The notes below the pieces were generated by a model. The model did not search any database and was not told the origin of the DNA. It worked only from the letters and a program-made list of their open reading frames with translations. From positions 1 through 60,448 of the forward strand of contig JAHQXB010000079.1 in the NCBI GenBank assembly GCA_029856435.1: a stretch of 60,448 nt of DNA, written 5' to 3'. This DNA comes from Candidatus Jordarchaeia archaeon. GTDB taxonomy: Archaea > Asgardarchaeota > Jordiarchaeia > Jordiarchaeales > Jordiarchaeaceae. How positions within the stretch are numbered: position 1 is the first letter of the stretch; every line of letters starts with the position of its first letter. Shown here piece after piece: positions 1 through 10,453 of this stretch. The translations under genes were made by a program, and so were the position numbers.

Positions 1-83
1 GAATAGTTTTGTAGGGCTTTTATTACGGGTGCCATTTTTATGATTTCGGGTCTTGTTCCCGCAACGCAGAGGACGCTTACCAC
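1..83 (-). CDS. wecB: UDP-N-acetylglucosamine 2-epimerase (non-hydrolysing), 5' fragment running off the window
   Basis: Hand translation from GTG at 83: VVSVLCVAGTRPEIIKMAPVIKALQNY, matching the GTRPE-IKMAP N-terminal signature; purine-rich GAAGGGGG upstream. Not in the ORF track. Confidence 0.75.
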   Translation of the reverse strand, partial: MVSVLCVAGTRPEIIKMAPVIKALQNY

Positions 84-612
84 GTTTGCCCCCTTCCGAG
101 CATATTTACGTTCTTTGGGAGGTTTTTTTCGCCTCGTTTAGGGTTTTGTTTTTCTTTTTTGCTTTTTTGTTTGGTGGGCTGGGTTTTTGGGTTGTTGGGT
201 TTTGGGTTGGTTGTTGTGGATTTTTGCCCATCTTTTTTGGTGTTGTTTTGGGTGGCTTTTGTTATTTCTTGTGTGTTTGGATATTTATGTTTTTTTGATT
301 TTGTTTTTGGGGCTTTGTTGTGAGTATGTGGTTTGTTGGCATTGAATTGTGTGCGGGGTTGGCTGGTTTACCATTTTTTGGGTTTATTTGGAGGGGAGCC
401 TTGTTAAGTCTTCTTTTTTGGGGGGTCAGGTGGTTATGTGTGGGGGGAGGCTGCATACTTAAAGATGGGGGTTCTTGTTTTGTGGTTTGGGTGTGTGGTT
501 TTTGTGGTGTTTGTTTTTTTGTTTTGTGTGGGTTGTTTTTGTTTTGGTTTTGTGTTGGTGTTTGGAGGGTTTTGGTGTGGGTTGGCTGGTTGGGTTGTGT
601 TTGTGGTTTTAT

Positions 613-1656
613 TTAGAGGTATCCTTGTTGTTTTAGGTGGTTTTCTATTATTTTTATTATGGTTGTTTCTATGGTGGTTTTTTGGTTGGGGTTTGTTTGT
701 GATTGGTATTTTTGGAGGGCTTGGAGTGTTTTTTGTGGGAGGGTTAGTTGTATGTGGTTGCTCGTTTTTGTTTTTATTGTTTGTAGGGCTTGTTGTGGGG
801 TTATTTTATTTCCTTGTTGGTGTTGTGTTCTTAGGGTTTTGCATAGTTTTGTTGTGGGGATGCTGTTTTTTGCTATGGTTTCTAGGATTTCTTTTTCTAT
901 TTGTTCTTGTTGGTTTGGGTTGCTGGCTATTTGTCTGGCTGTGGCTTGGATTTGTATGGTTGTGTTTCGGGTTAGTTTTTTGGGGTTTATGTCCAATTCT
1001 TGGACGGTTTTTTTGTGGCGTTGGAGGAAGTCTTGGTGTGCTATGTAGGAGGCTACTGCTTTTCTTTTGCTTTCGGGGTTTTTTCCTCCTAGTCCGTAGG
1101 TTTCTCCAATTTTTTGGTAGGTCCAGTGGGGGTGGCGCTGCTTTACTCTCCAGAGGAACTGGGATATTTCTGTGTCGGACAAGTTTTTGCGGTTGTAGTT
1201 TTCTTTGAAGCTTAGTATTTCTGCTTCTTCGGGTGTGAGGTCTTCGGTGTAGTCTACCTCGATGTATTCCTGCTTGTTTAGCACTGCGGCTCTGATTCTC
1301 CTCCATCCCTGAACCGCAAAAATTTCACCGTCTTCGCCGTCTTCGCTGCTTTCTGTGAATTTTTTGAAGGAGCAGACCAGTGGGGTGTGTATTATGCCGT
1401 CTTTTTTTATGCTTTCTGCTAGTTCTTCGATGTCTTCCCATGCGGAGTTTCTGCCTTGGTCTTTTGTCCAGTCGAGGTCGCCTCGGGGAGTGGAGAACGT
1501 TTCGCAATCCCGTTCTCCGAGCTTTATGTTGAGTCGCCTAACCATTTTGGGATCTATTCTGATTCTTCTGCGGAATATTCTTTTAAGGATGGGTTCACCC
1601 GATACTGCTTCAGGTTTCACGTTGACCGGAGCTTTCCGCTCGTTTGACACCTGCAC
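613..1656 (-). CDS. ParB/Spo0J-like protein (ParB CTPase domain + HTH)
   Basis: IEELAESIKKDGII..PL, GWRRIRAA (GxRRxxA) and ENYNRKNLS (ENxxRxxL) motifs, followed by HTH-like WTYQKIGETYG; AGGTGGGG RBS before the GTG start. Confidence 0.8.
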   Translation of the reverse strand: MQVSNERKAPVNVKPEAVSGEPILKRIFRRRIRIDPKMVRRLNIKLGERDCETFSTPRGDLDWTKDQGRNSAWEDIEELAESIKKDGIIHTPLVCSFKKFTESSEDGEDGEIFAVQGWRRIRAAVLNKQEYIEVDYTEDLTPEEAEILSFKENYNRKNLSDTEISQFLWRVKQRHPHWTYQKIGETYGLGGKNPESKRKAVASYIAHQDFLQRHKKTVQELDINPKKLTRNTTIQIQATARQIASNPNQQEQIEKEILETIAKNSIPTTKLCKTLRTQHQQGNKITPQQALQTIKTKTSNHIQLTLPQKTLQALQKYQSQTNPNQKTTIETTIIKIIENHLKQQGYL

Positions 1657-1713
1657 TCTGCCCCACCTAAACCGCCAAATTCTTTCAAGTTGAAAAAAAA
1701 TTGTTTATTATGG

Positions 1714-1721
1714 TATATAAA
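1714..1721 (-). promoter_or_regulatory. Probable TATA box of the ParB-like gene
   Basis: TTTATATA on the minus strand, preceded by an A-rich BRE-like CAAAAC, about 58 bp upstream of the start codon. Confidence 0.45.
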
Positions 1722-1977
1722 GTTTTGCATTTTTGTTGCTCTATTTCACAATTAATGGCTCCACGCTTCTCCCTGACTTCAATGATTAAAGCCACCCGAA
1801 AACCCTGAGCGATAGGGAAATAAAGGTTTATACAATTCTTCCCAAAATAAGTGGAGGAGTTCAAAACGTTTCTTTACAATTGTCAACAAAATGGAGCACT
1901 AAAACTCACAAAACAGCAACACCCCCACTTTTGGAATCTGCTTTAATAACTGGAGAAAATCCACCTCCCCCATCATT

Positions 1978-2156
1978 AGCACAGTTTAACTGAGTGTCAC
2001 CTTTTGGGTGCACGTTTGAGTCGCGTCCGGCGTCCCCATATTGAAGCTCATTTTAAGTTATTCTGTGGGGCAAAAAAGCCGAAAAGGGCACACCAAGGGA
2101 TGATGAAAACCGAAAAACAAACAACACGCAGCAGGAGACACCAAATTAATTGTGCC
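1978..2156 (+). mobile_element. MITE-like element, family A, copy 1 (179 bp)
   Basis: Ends AGCACAGTTTAACTGAGTGTC...GACACCAAATTAATTGTGCC form imperfect TIRs. It aligns over its full length with the reverse complement of 17918-18097. No clear TSD on this copy. Confidence 0.7.
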
Positions 2157-2291
2157 CCAAAATAAAATAGAGATTACTTCGATAAAGTTTAATGAGTTAA
2201 TACAGTTAGCGTACAAATTTGCAAAAGTAGAACCATACGCAAAAATGGGAAATAAGGAATGAGATTAAATTTGAGGGGATTTCTTTTTTTA

Positions 2292-2534
2292 CTAGGCTTC
2301 TTTTATTTCTATTTTGATTGCGTTGTTGGGGCAGATATTGATACATCTATTGCATGAGGTGCAGAAGAGTTCAAATGAAGGGATGATTACCCAGTTTTCT
2401 GGTTCTTTATAGCGTTCTCTGTCGGTTGCCACTAGGACGAAAACTGTACTGGGGCAGACTTCTAAGCATTTTCCACAATCCTGTGGTTTGGGGCATTTAT
2501 CTTTAATCCATTGGACTTTCACTTTGGCCGCCAT
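2292..2534 (-). CDS. 2x[4Fe-4S] ferredoxin
   Basis: CPKPQDCGKCLEVCP and CTSCNRCINICP clusters. Confidence 0.85.
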   Translation of the reverse strand: MAAKVKVQWIKDKCPKPQDCGKCLEVCPSTVFVLVATDRERYKEPENWVIIPSFELFCTSCNRCINICPNNAIKIEIKEA

Positions 2535-3386
2535 TTACCATACCTCCCTCAATGCTGGGATGCTTTCTCTTGGTATCAGTGTTATTGCGTTTTCCGGACA
2601 TCCTGCTCTACATACACCGCAACCGAAACATTTGAACTGGTTAATGTAGGCTTTACCCAATGTGACTCGAAGGTTTATTGCTCCAAATTGGCAACGGACA
2701 ACGCATTTGCCGCATCCTATACACTTGTCAATGTCTACATCTGCCACATAGTGCCCCTTCAAGAAGTGTTTTATGTCGAAGTCTATTCTTGGTCTTAAAG
2801 CTATACATTCAGGGTAGGAACAATTGCACATTGCAAATGCCAGTGGTAGTGGTGTTCCTGCAATTGTGTGAACAAGTCCTTTTTCGTCACACTCATCTAA
2901 GAATTCCTTTGCCTCCTCCACGGTTAGTCTTTCTACGCCTCTTGGCGCGTGGTCTACGTATCCCTCCACAGTCTCCCCGTGTAACCCTAATGGCATACAG
3001 GTATAAACTTTCTCGTTCCTGTTCATTCTGCGACAGGGACACATAACCCTGTAAACGTCTCCAGCGATTTCAACAATCTTTTTTGCTTCTTCCAGAGTGA
3101 TTACCTGCCCCATGTGGCCTTCAGGAAACACTCTATCTCGACCTTCATCCTTCTGTATCATACTTTCTATCATCTTTTTGGTTGGCTCTAGTAAACTGGG
3201 ATCATTAATAACATCTGCCAACATTTTCGCAGCATCACCATAAACTTTGTCTATTAGTTTCCAGTGATCCAACTCCCACTGTTCGTATCCTAGCTCTTTT
3301 GCCAATTTTACTGAAAGATTTCTCTCATTTAGATACCATCTTTTACCATCCCCATGTTTATAACAGAACTTACACAAAGATTTCAC
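2535..3386 (-). CDS. 4Fe-4S binding protein of unknown function
   Basis: N-terminal CxxCxxH, central CPCR and CNC..C cysteines, two C-terminal CxxCxxCxxxCP-type ferredoxin motifs; abuts the ferredoxin gene. Confidence 0.75.
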   Translation of the reverse strand: MKSLCKFCYKHGDGKRWYLNERNLSVKLAKELGYEQWELDHWKLIDKVYGDAAKMLADVINDPSLLEPTKKMIESMIQKDEGRDRVFPEGHMGQVITLEEAKKIVEIAGDVYRVMCPCRRMNRNEKVYTCMPLGLHGETVEGYVDHAPRGVERLTVEEAKEFLDECDEKGLVHTIAGTPLPLAFAMCNCSYPECIALRPRIDFDIKHFLKGHYVADVDIDKCIGCGKCVVRCQFGAINLRVTLGKAYINQFKCFGCGVCRAGCPENAITLIPRESIPALREVW

Positions 3387-3853
3387 CTCATAAATTAACG
3401 CAAGTTTTTGAAATATAATCCAATAATTATTAGTTCCTCAAATAATTCTTTTTTGCCTTATAGCATTTACGCTTTATATCTAAAAAATTACACTAAAATA
3501 CTTTTATTGAAGGGCAGGCAACCTTGTGATACACCAATGCGCAGCCTCAAAAAAGCAGCTTTAAAGCTCCTTTTACAATTTAAAGCCTCATTCCAAGAAA
3601 AAAGAGTCGATTAAATTTACAAGGTGGTCCTACCAACCATCACCTGTCATATACAGGTTCAATGTGCTCTGAAAATTCATCAACCAAAAGCCTAAAAACA
3701 GCGTTTTTTAGGTAGAATGCTCTATTTGAGTGTAAAATTGAGCCTGCAAAAAACACATAATACAAAATGGATAACTCTGAGCGTGTAGTTTCTAGAATGG
3801 AAGCCCAATTTAAGGGATCCAAAATCCAAGCTTATGTGACTAGTAATATTGAA

Positions 3854-4282
3854 TTATTCTACAATTTCTAATTGAATAGGTTTACCTTTTTTGTCATAAG
3901 CATATAAGCTCTGAAAACCGTGATATGGAAATACCGCAATTATATGTATAAATCCAAAATTAAACATAGAGTTAAGATCCTCGGCTGAGGGCATGCTGGA
4001 ACCGGAAGGGTGTGAATGAATGCTCCCCACAATCGAAAAATCAAATGGTAACATGTGGGGGCAAAACTGTGATAATCCTTGACCGTAAACACTCGCCGGA
4101 GCAAAAACGATCTCAGTAATCATACCCCTCTCAGCCCTGAGAAGACCAATAAATTCCCGAGGATGAACATTCCTACTAGCTTCTAGAATGCCCTCCACTA
4201 CCTCCTTTTTAATTCTCACTCTTGAAAGCCTGTAGGTCTCAGATTCACTTAATCCCAGAATTTTTCTCAAGAAACGGCTCAT
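3854..4282 (-). CDS. JAMM/MPN+ (JAB) metallo-isopeptidase
   Basis: PREFIG...IHSHPSGSSMPSAED fits E-x(n)-HSH-x7-S-x2-D. Confidence 0.9.
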   Translation of the reverse strand: MSRFLRKILGLSESETYRLSRVRIKKEVVEGILEASRNVHPREFIGLLRAERGMITEIVFAPASVYGQGLSQFCPHMLPFDFSIVGSIHSHPSGSSMPSAEDLNSMFNFGFIHIIAVFPYHGFQSLYAYDKKGKPIQLEIVE

Positions 4283-4639
4283 CTTTAAACTTCCCTTACC
4301 TAGGTATGTACATACTTGAGTTCATCTACCTTTTCACCAGAACATTTGGAAAATTATTTTGTTTAATGTCGTATTACTTACAAAAAAGTATAATGCTTTT
4401 TTAATTTTCTATCTATACTTTTAAAAAATGGAAACATTCTCAAAAAAATTTATATCACGCCCACTGCTTTATTTCAAACACAGAAAGACTGGAACCCTCT
4501 TAAGATTTCCTAGACCAACACAATAGTAGGAGCTAACTTTAACAACTCAGAATCCAATAAATTTATTGATAGGCAAAATGTTTTTCAAAAATAAAGCCTT
4601 AAAATAATGTCCTAAAAGTATGTTTGTAGGTGAGAAAAT

Positions 4640-5020
4640 ATGCCAAAGAACTGGAGAGGTGAGCTCGAAGGCCTATTAAAAGCCATGGAAGATGCTGACC
4701 CAGATATAGAAGCCTCCGCAGTAGTGAGAACTGATGGTTTAGTGATGGCTTCGGCTCTACCAAAAGATGCAGATGAAGGTTTAATTGCAGCCATGAGCGC
4801 TGCGCTTCTCAACATAGGAAACAGAGCAGTAGCTGAGCTCGCCCGAGGAGAAATGGATAAAGTAATAGTGAGTGGAACTAAAGGGGATATAATTCTCCGA
4901 GGCGTAGGAACAGAAGCTGTTTTATCAGCCATAACCAAACCAGGAGCTAACCTAGGACTCCTACTCGTAGAAATGAAAAGGGCCGGAGACCGTATAATAA
5001 ATGTACTGAAACAAATGTAA
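4640..5020 (+). CDS. Roadblock/LC7 (MglB-like) protein
   Basis: DIEASAVVRTDGLVMASAL..IAAMSAALL..GxxAxxEL..G and NLGLL motifs; 126 aa. Confidence 0.9.
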   Translation: MPKNWRGELEGLLKAMEDADPDIEASAVVRTDGLVMASALPKDADEGLIAAMSAALLNIGNRAVAELARGEMDKVIVSGTKGDIILRGVGTEAVLSAITKPGANLGLLLVEMKRAGDRIINVLKQM

Positions 5021-5413
5021 AAAAACTTCATAAAAAAATTATCAGAATAAATCCACCAATTAAAACAAAAAACAATCCCTCTAGTCACCCTTACCTCTAT
5101 TTTTATTTCCTCTAGTATTACAATATTCAAATCAAGTCAGGTGTGTATACCCCATACTTTTTGAAATCATTCCCAGTTTAATCCCCGCTTAAGTTTGTAG
5201 ACTATGTTTCCCATCTCTTTAACATATTTGTGTACAGAAAAATTGGACAAACGCTTGTAGACACAAGAAAAAGAACTCACTTCCAAAAATAATTAATATC
5301 CTTTAAACTAGTTTTGTTTAAACAAATAGACTGGGAAAAGCAGCCGAAAAACAAATCCATTTTAGAGGGGGCAGATAACTCTGGTTCGATCTTTATAAGC
5401 TAAGCACTTACAA

Positions 5414-7606
5414 TTATGTTATTCCCGCGGCGAAATTTCTGGCTATTTCCTCGTATTTTTCAAGTTGCCCTCTAGGTAGAGGTTTAACCCTCTCTAAAGC
5501 TTTTTCGAAGTGTCTCTTTTTAATTGTGTATTTTTTGAAATCCTCGGTTTTTTCATCTATCTGGTTACTCATAATGTACTCTCTTATCGCTATCATAATA
5601 GTCTCATTACAGACGGCGGCAAGATCTGCTCCAGTATAACCTTCTGTTCTCTCCGCCAATTCATTTAAGTCTACCTTTTTGTCCAGAGGACTCTTAGCCG
5701 TGTGAATCCTTAAAATCTCCTTTCTGGCCTCTTTATCCGGAACCGGAATATAAATTATGCGATCAAATCTGCCCGGACGCAGTAGCGCGGGGTCCACAAT
5801 GTCGGGCCTGTTAGTTGCAGCTACGACAACCACATCGTGAAGTTCCTCCAATCCATCCATCTCGGTGAGAATCTGACTTATCACCCTTTCAGAGACATGA
5901 GAATCACCGTAACCAGCCCCACGAACTGGGGCAATCGCATCAATCTCATCAAAGAATATGATGCAGGGTGCAGACTGTCTAGCTTTCCTGAAAGTTTCCC
6001 TAACAGTTTTCTCGCTTTCACCAACATACTTGCTGAAAAACTCCGGTCCCTTAACTGAAATGAAGTTTGCTTGGCTCTCATTTGCCAAAGCTTTTACCAG
6101 CAGGGTCTTGCCGGTTCCGGGTGCACCATGGAGGAATATTCCCTTCGGAGGTTTGGCGCCCATGTAGTTGAAGAATTTACCATATTTAAGTGGCCACTCA
6201 ACAGTTTCTATTAATTCCTGTTTTGCCTCTTGGAGGCCACCGACATCATCCCACCTCACATTTGGGACTTCTATTAGAACTTCCCTCATTGCTGAAGGTT
6301 CAATATTTCTCAGAGCATTGGTAAAGTCCTGCATATTCACCTCTATTTTGTTGAGTACTTCCGCGGGTAGACTCTCTGTTTCTAAATCTATTTCGGGCAA
6401 GATCCTTCTTATAGCAAGCATTGCAGCCTCTTTACATAAAGCTTCAATGTCTGCCCCAACGAAACCATGAGTATATTCTGCTAGAAACCTTATATCCACA
6501 TCGTCTGCAAGAGGCATCCCTCTTGTGTGTATTTGTAATATTTCCAGTCTCGCTTGCTTGTTAGGTATCCCAAACTCAATTTCTCTATCAAAACGCCCAC
6601 CGCGCCTCAGAGCAGGGTCAAGAGCGTTAGGCCGATTAGAAGCACCTATAACTACAAGTTCCCCTCTAGATTGTATTCCGTCCATTAGTGCTAGAAGCTG
6701 GGCAACGACTCTCCGCTCCACTTCTCCAGTGACTTCCTCTCTTTTGGGAGCTATACTATCCAGCTCATCTATAAAGATTATAGCAGGAGCATTCCTCTCC
6801 GCCTCTCGAAATATTTCCCTCAGTCGTCCCTCACTCTCTCCGTAGAATTTGCTCATAATTTCGGGACCACTTATAGAAATAAAGTAGGCCTCGGTCTCGT
6901 TTGCCACCGCCCTCGCCAGAAGAGTTTTTCCCGTTCCCGGTGGCCCATGCAACAAGACGCCCTTTGGCGCAGAGATACCTAGTCTCTCAAATATCTCAGG
7001 GTGACGCAGAGGAAGTTCGATCATCTCGCGTACCCGCCTCACCTCCTCATGCAAACCACCAATATCTTCATATGCAACCTTACGCACCCTGCTATCTTTA
7101 ATCTCTTTAACCGGTTTGGAAATCATCTTAATCTCAGTTCCCTTATTTACGATTACCGCATCGCCCTTCGGCTTATATGACACCACAATTAAAAGAATCT
7201 TTTTGCCCATCAAGGATAGCTCTATATAATCCCCTGCAGTAAAGACCCGCCCATCAAGAATCTTTTTAAAATATTCTTCACCTTCGACTAGGCTGAGAGG
7301 TTCAGTAGGCGCCAGCTCAATTTTGGATGCTGGACATGCTTCAATTCTTCTTATACTTGCTTTATCATCAATTCCTACACCAGCATTTTTTCGGGTTGCA
7401 CTATCGATTCTAATAATCTGAGTCCCTCTATCTTCGGGATAACCATACCAAGAAAGAGCTGCGGTTCTCCTTCTACCAATAATCTCCACCGTGTCTCCAG
7501 TTGTAATGTTAAGTTTTTCGGCAATTGAGGGATCTATCCTAACGATTCCATGTCCCACATCCCGGGGCTTAGCTTCTGCTACACGAACCACCGCAGATCT
7601 CATCAA
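5414..7606 (-). CDS. cdc48: CDC48/VCP AAA+ ATPase
   Basis: N-domain plus two AAA modules ([13 protein letters not shown] and [13 protein letters not shown], with SRH motifs RFDR). Confidence 0.97.
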   Translation of the reverse strand: MMRSAVVRVAEAKPRDVGHGIVRIDPSIAEKLNITTGDTVEIIGRRRTAALSWYGYPEDRGTQIIRIDSATRKNAGVGIDDKASIRRIEACPASKIELAPTEPLSLVEGEEYFKKILDGRVFTAGDYIELSLMGKKILLIVVSYKPKGDAVIVNKGTEIKMISKPVKEIKDSRVRKVAYEDIGGLHEEVRRVREMIELPLRHPEIFERLGISAPKGVLLHGPPGTGKTLLARAVANETEAYFISISGPEIMSKFYGESEGRLREIFREAERNAPAIIFIDELDSIAPKREEVTGEVERRVVAQLLALMDGIQSRGELVVIGASNRPNALDPALRRGGRFDREIEFGIPNKQARLEILQIHTRGMPLADDVDIRFLAEYTHGFVGADIEALCKEAAMLAIRRILPEIDLETESLPAEVLNKIEVNMQDFTNALRNIEPSAMREVLIEVPNVRWDDVGGLQEAKQELIETVEWPLKYGKFFNYMGAKPPKGIFLHGAPGTGKTLLVKALANESQANFISVKGPEFFSKYVGESEKTVRETFRKARQSAPCIIFFDEIDAIAPVRGAGYGDSHVSERVISQILTEMDGLEELHDVVVVAATNRPDIVDPALLRPGRFDRIIYIPVPDKEARKEILRIHTAKSPLDKKVDLNELAERTEGYTGADLAAVCNETIMIAIREYIMSNQIDEKTEDFKKYTIKKRHFEKALERVKPLPRGQLEKYEEIARNFAAGIT

Positions 7607-7735
7607 AAACCACCTTAGAGCTTCAAAACGCTCTTTATTTTAAACAGTTTTATGTGTACGTTGAATACGCGCCCACTTTAAACATTTTTCCTAAATATTA
7701 AAAATATAAAGCGTTTGGTCAAGTATAACATATTT

Positions 7736-8686
7736 TTATTCGAATTCTATTGTTGCAGGAGGTTTAGACGTGATGTCATAGAGAACCCTTGAAACTCCTG
7801 GAATTTCTGAAACTATACGGTTCCTCATTTTAAAAAGCAGCTCCCAAGGAATTCCAGTAGGTTCAGCAGTCATGGCATCTTTAGAATCCACCGCACGAAT
7901 AACTATAATGTTCCCGTAAGCTCTTGTTCCCTCCCCAGTTATTCCCGTAGCCTTATCGTTAAGTAGAACCGCAAAAACTTGGAATGAAGGGAGATTTTTA
8001 GATTCTTCCTCAACAATTCTTGTAGCTTTCCTAACCAACTCTACCTTCTCCGGGGTTACTTCGCCAATCACTCGAATAGAAAGTCCTGGTCCCGGAAAAG
8101 GTTTACGATTAATAATGCTATCGGGAAGGTTGAGTTCCTTAGCCACTTTTCGAACCTCTGGCTTATACAGTTCCTTTACTGGCTCAATAATTTTGAGACC
8201 GAATTTTTCTAGAGGGTTTATTCCTATCTGTTCGAGCACATTGTGCTGTGATTTCACACCTCTTACGGTTTCAACAACATCAGCGGCTATTGTTCCTTGA
8301 AGAAGAATTTTAACGCCCAGTTCCCGGGCGATGTTGGCAAGAGAGTTATAGAAGGCTTGTCGGAAGGCTTTTCTCTTTTCTTCTGGATCAGTTAGATTCT
8401 TCATGGCCTGGAAAAAGTTTTTCTTAACATCATAGATCTCTATTTCAATGCCCATATCTTTGAAGATTTTAGTTACCGCCTCTGGCTCTCCTTCACGCAT
8501 CAATCCATCATCCAAGAAAACAACCGTTAATTTGCTCTTAAGAGCTTTAAAAGCGAGAACCGCAGTAACCGAACTGTCTACCCCACCCGAGACTGCCACT
8601 ATAGCCTTTTCACCACCTACTTCCCGCCTAATCCATTCCACCTTTTCGCTGATAAATTCTTTCGCATCAAACATAAATACCACCAA
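7736..8686 (-). CDS. guaAB: GMP synthase subunit B (ATP pyrophosphatase)
   Basis: SGGVDS PP-loop, QGTIAAD..KSQHNV, PFPGPGL and the C-terminus YDITSKPPATIEFE. Confidence 0.93.
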   Translation of the reverse strand: MVVFMFDAKEFISEKVEWIRREVGGEKAIVAVSGGVDSSVTAVLAFKALKSKLTVVFLDDGLMREGEPEAVTKIFKDMGIEIEIYDVKKNFFQAMKNLTDPEEKRKAFRQAFYNSLANIARELGVKILLQGTIAADVVETVRGVKSQHNVLEQIGINPLEKFGLKIIEPVKELYKPEVRKVAKELNLPDSIINRKPFPGPGLSIRVIGEVTPEKVELVRKATRIVEEESKNLPSFQVFAVLLNDKATGITGEGTRAYGNIIVIRAVDSKDAMTAEPTGIPWELLFKMRNRIVSEIPGVSRVLYDITSKPPATIEFE

Positions 8687-8814
8687 CCAAAAAATTTATG
8701 AAAAACGTATGTCTAATTCCAAAGGAATTAAGAGGATAAAAACTGTTACCAATACAACAATGCCTTGATAATTTTTGATGAAGACTACGGATACGAGTCC
8801 TTCAAGTTGTCTTT

Positions 8815-9252
8815 TTATGTTTTCTCTACGTCAAAAATTTCATTATCGTCTAATTCCTTGATGTCTAAAGCTATTTCTTCCAGAGTTTTTTCCTTATTTT
8901 TTAAGCTGCTGTCAAGATTTTTAAGAAATTTGTTTTTACAGCGTATCACTATCTTCTCTCCTTCGCCAAAAAATTCACCGCTTATTTCTGATGGAGATTC
9001 AACAACAGTCAATTTTGTGTTACCTATAGTGCATCTAGTTACTATCTGGATTCCATCTATAACACAGCTACGTGGGGGCTTTAGTGCGGTTTTGACTCTG
9101 ACTCTAGATATTTGTTTTAAAAATCTGTGTGCGGTTTTTGACATCCTGAGGCCCAATACTAGGAAGGGACCAAGATGGCCGTGAAAGTCAACTGCTCTTT
9201 TCAGAAGCTCAGAAGAAACCTCATATGATTCAGTGTTTTTGTCCTTATTCAT
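8815..9252 (-). CDS. FmdE (formylmethanofuran dehydrogenase subunit E)-family protein
   Basis: FHGHLGPFLVLG and SCVIDGIQIVTRCTIGN motifs. Confidence 0.8.
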   Translation of the reverse strand: MNKDKNTESYEVSSELLKRAVDFHGHLGPFLVLGLRMSKTAHRFLKQISRVRVKTALKPPRSCVIDGIQIVTRCTIGNTKLTVVESPSEISGEFFGEGEKIVIRCKNKFLKNLDSSLKNKEKTLEEIALDIKELDDNEIFDVEKT

Positions 9253-9439
9253 ATCTCAAAAACCCCTTTTATTATTTCAGTGGATGTATACCTCAATTCC
9301 ATACTCATTCATTACATATTTATAATTAAGTATATTCAAATCCTCAGTAGCGAATTAGTAATTGGATACACAAAGAGTTATTAAACCAAACGGTATATTT
9401 CTCAAAATAATTAAAGTCAATGTTTGAAGGTTATAAAAA

Positions 9440-10453
9440 ATGAAGGCACTCATAACTGCAGAATTTGACGAATATGGACTTAGTCTATTAAAAAGACATA
9501 TGGATTACACATATGAGAGCTGGCGTGACACCAAGAAGATTTACTATGATGAAAATGAATTCATTAGTAAAATTAAGAGCGAGGAAGCAGATGTTCTTAT
9601 TGTTGAAGCTGATTTCGTTACAAAAAAAGTTATAGAACAGTGTGAATTGAAAATAATTGCTTCATGCAGAGACGACCCTTGGAATGTGGATATCAAAACT
9701 GCTACTGAAAAGGGAATTCCGGTTTTTTCCGCTCCCCACAGGAATACCGAGTCCGTCGCAGATTTGACAGTGGGACTCATGCTATGTGTGACACGTAACA
9801 TTATGAAGGCGGACCGTCTTCTAAGAGCAGGGAAAATTATCTATAAAAGTGAAGCAGACCTTTTAACTTGCCACAACATGCTTAAGGGAATTGAACTCGG
9901 AGGGAAAAAGATTGGAATAATAGGTTTGGGCGCCATAGGCTTTCAAGTAGCCAAAAGGCTGAGATACGGTTTCGGCGCGGAAATCCTAGTCTACGACCCC
10001 TACGTTGATGAGAAACGCCTGAAAGAGGTTGAAGGTAAAAGAGTAGATCTGGAAACTCTCATGAGGGAGTCTGATATTGTAACCGTCCACACTAGAGTAA
10101 CCCCCGAAACCACTGGTATGATTAAGAAAAAGCATTTTGAAATGATGAAAAAAACTGCATTCTTCATCAACACTGCGCGTGCCGCCATAACCGAAGAAGA
10201 TGCCCTATTTGATGCTTTAAAGGACAAAAAAATAGCGGGAGCGGGCTTAGACGTCTTCATTAAAGACCCCATAGAATCAGGTGACCGTTTCCTGACCCTT
10301 GATAATGTCATCGCCACCCCTCACATAGGTGGAAACACAATTGACACTGTCAGGCGTCAATCAAAGATGATCGCAGAAGACATTATTAATTACTTATCCG
10401 GAAAAGAACCTAAATATATCCTTAACAAGGAGATCTTAAAAACAAAGAAGTGA
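9440..10453 (+). CDS. D-isomer-specific 2-hydroxyacid dehydrogenase
   Basis: GIIGLGAIG Rossmann motif, INTARA, GLDVF, TPHIGG. Confidence 0.9.
   Translation: MKALITAEFDEYGLSLLKRHMDYTYESWRDTKKIYYDENEFISKIKSEEADVLIVEADFVTKKVIEQCELKIIASCRDDPWNVDIKTATEKGIPVFSAPHRNTESVADLTVGLMLCVTRNIMKADRLLRAGKIIYKSEADLLTCHNMLKGIELGGKKIGIIGLGAIGFQVAKRLRYGFGAEILVYDPYVDEKRLKEVEGKRVDLETLMRESDIVTVHTRVTPETTGMIKKKHFEMMKKTAFFINTARAAITEEDALFDALKDKKIAGAGLDVFIKDPIESGDRFLTLDNVIATPHIGGNTIDTVRRQSKMIAEDIINYLSGKEPKYILNKEILKTKK

Noticed and set aside
53-1208. Several + strand ORFs rich in F/V/G/W/C/L that look like membrane proteins
   Set aside because: They are shadows of the G/T-only tract (few stop codons) and lie antisense to the ParB-like gene or wecB; no motifs.
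3516-3632. AGGCAACCTTGT / ACAAGGTGGTCCT imperfect inverted repeat and short ORFs at 3408-3822
   Set aside because: Weak gapped pairing; the ORFs lack RBS or motif support.
5170-5338. TTCCCAGTTTA / TAGACTGGGAA inverted repeat
   Set aside because: Only 10/11 bp, with no continued internal pairing and no TSD; compatible with chance.
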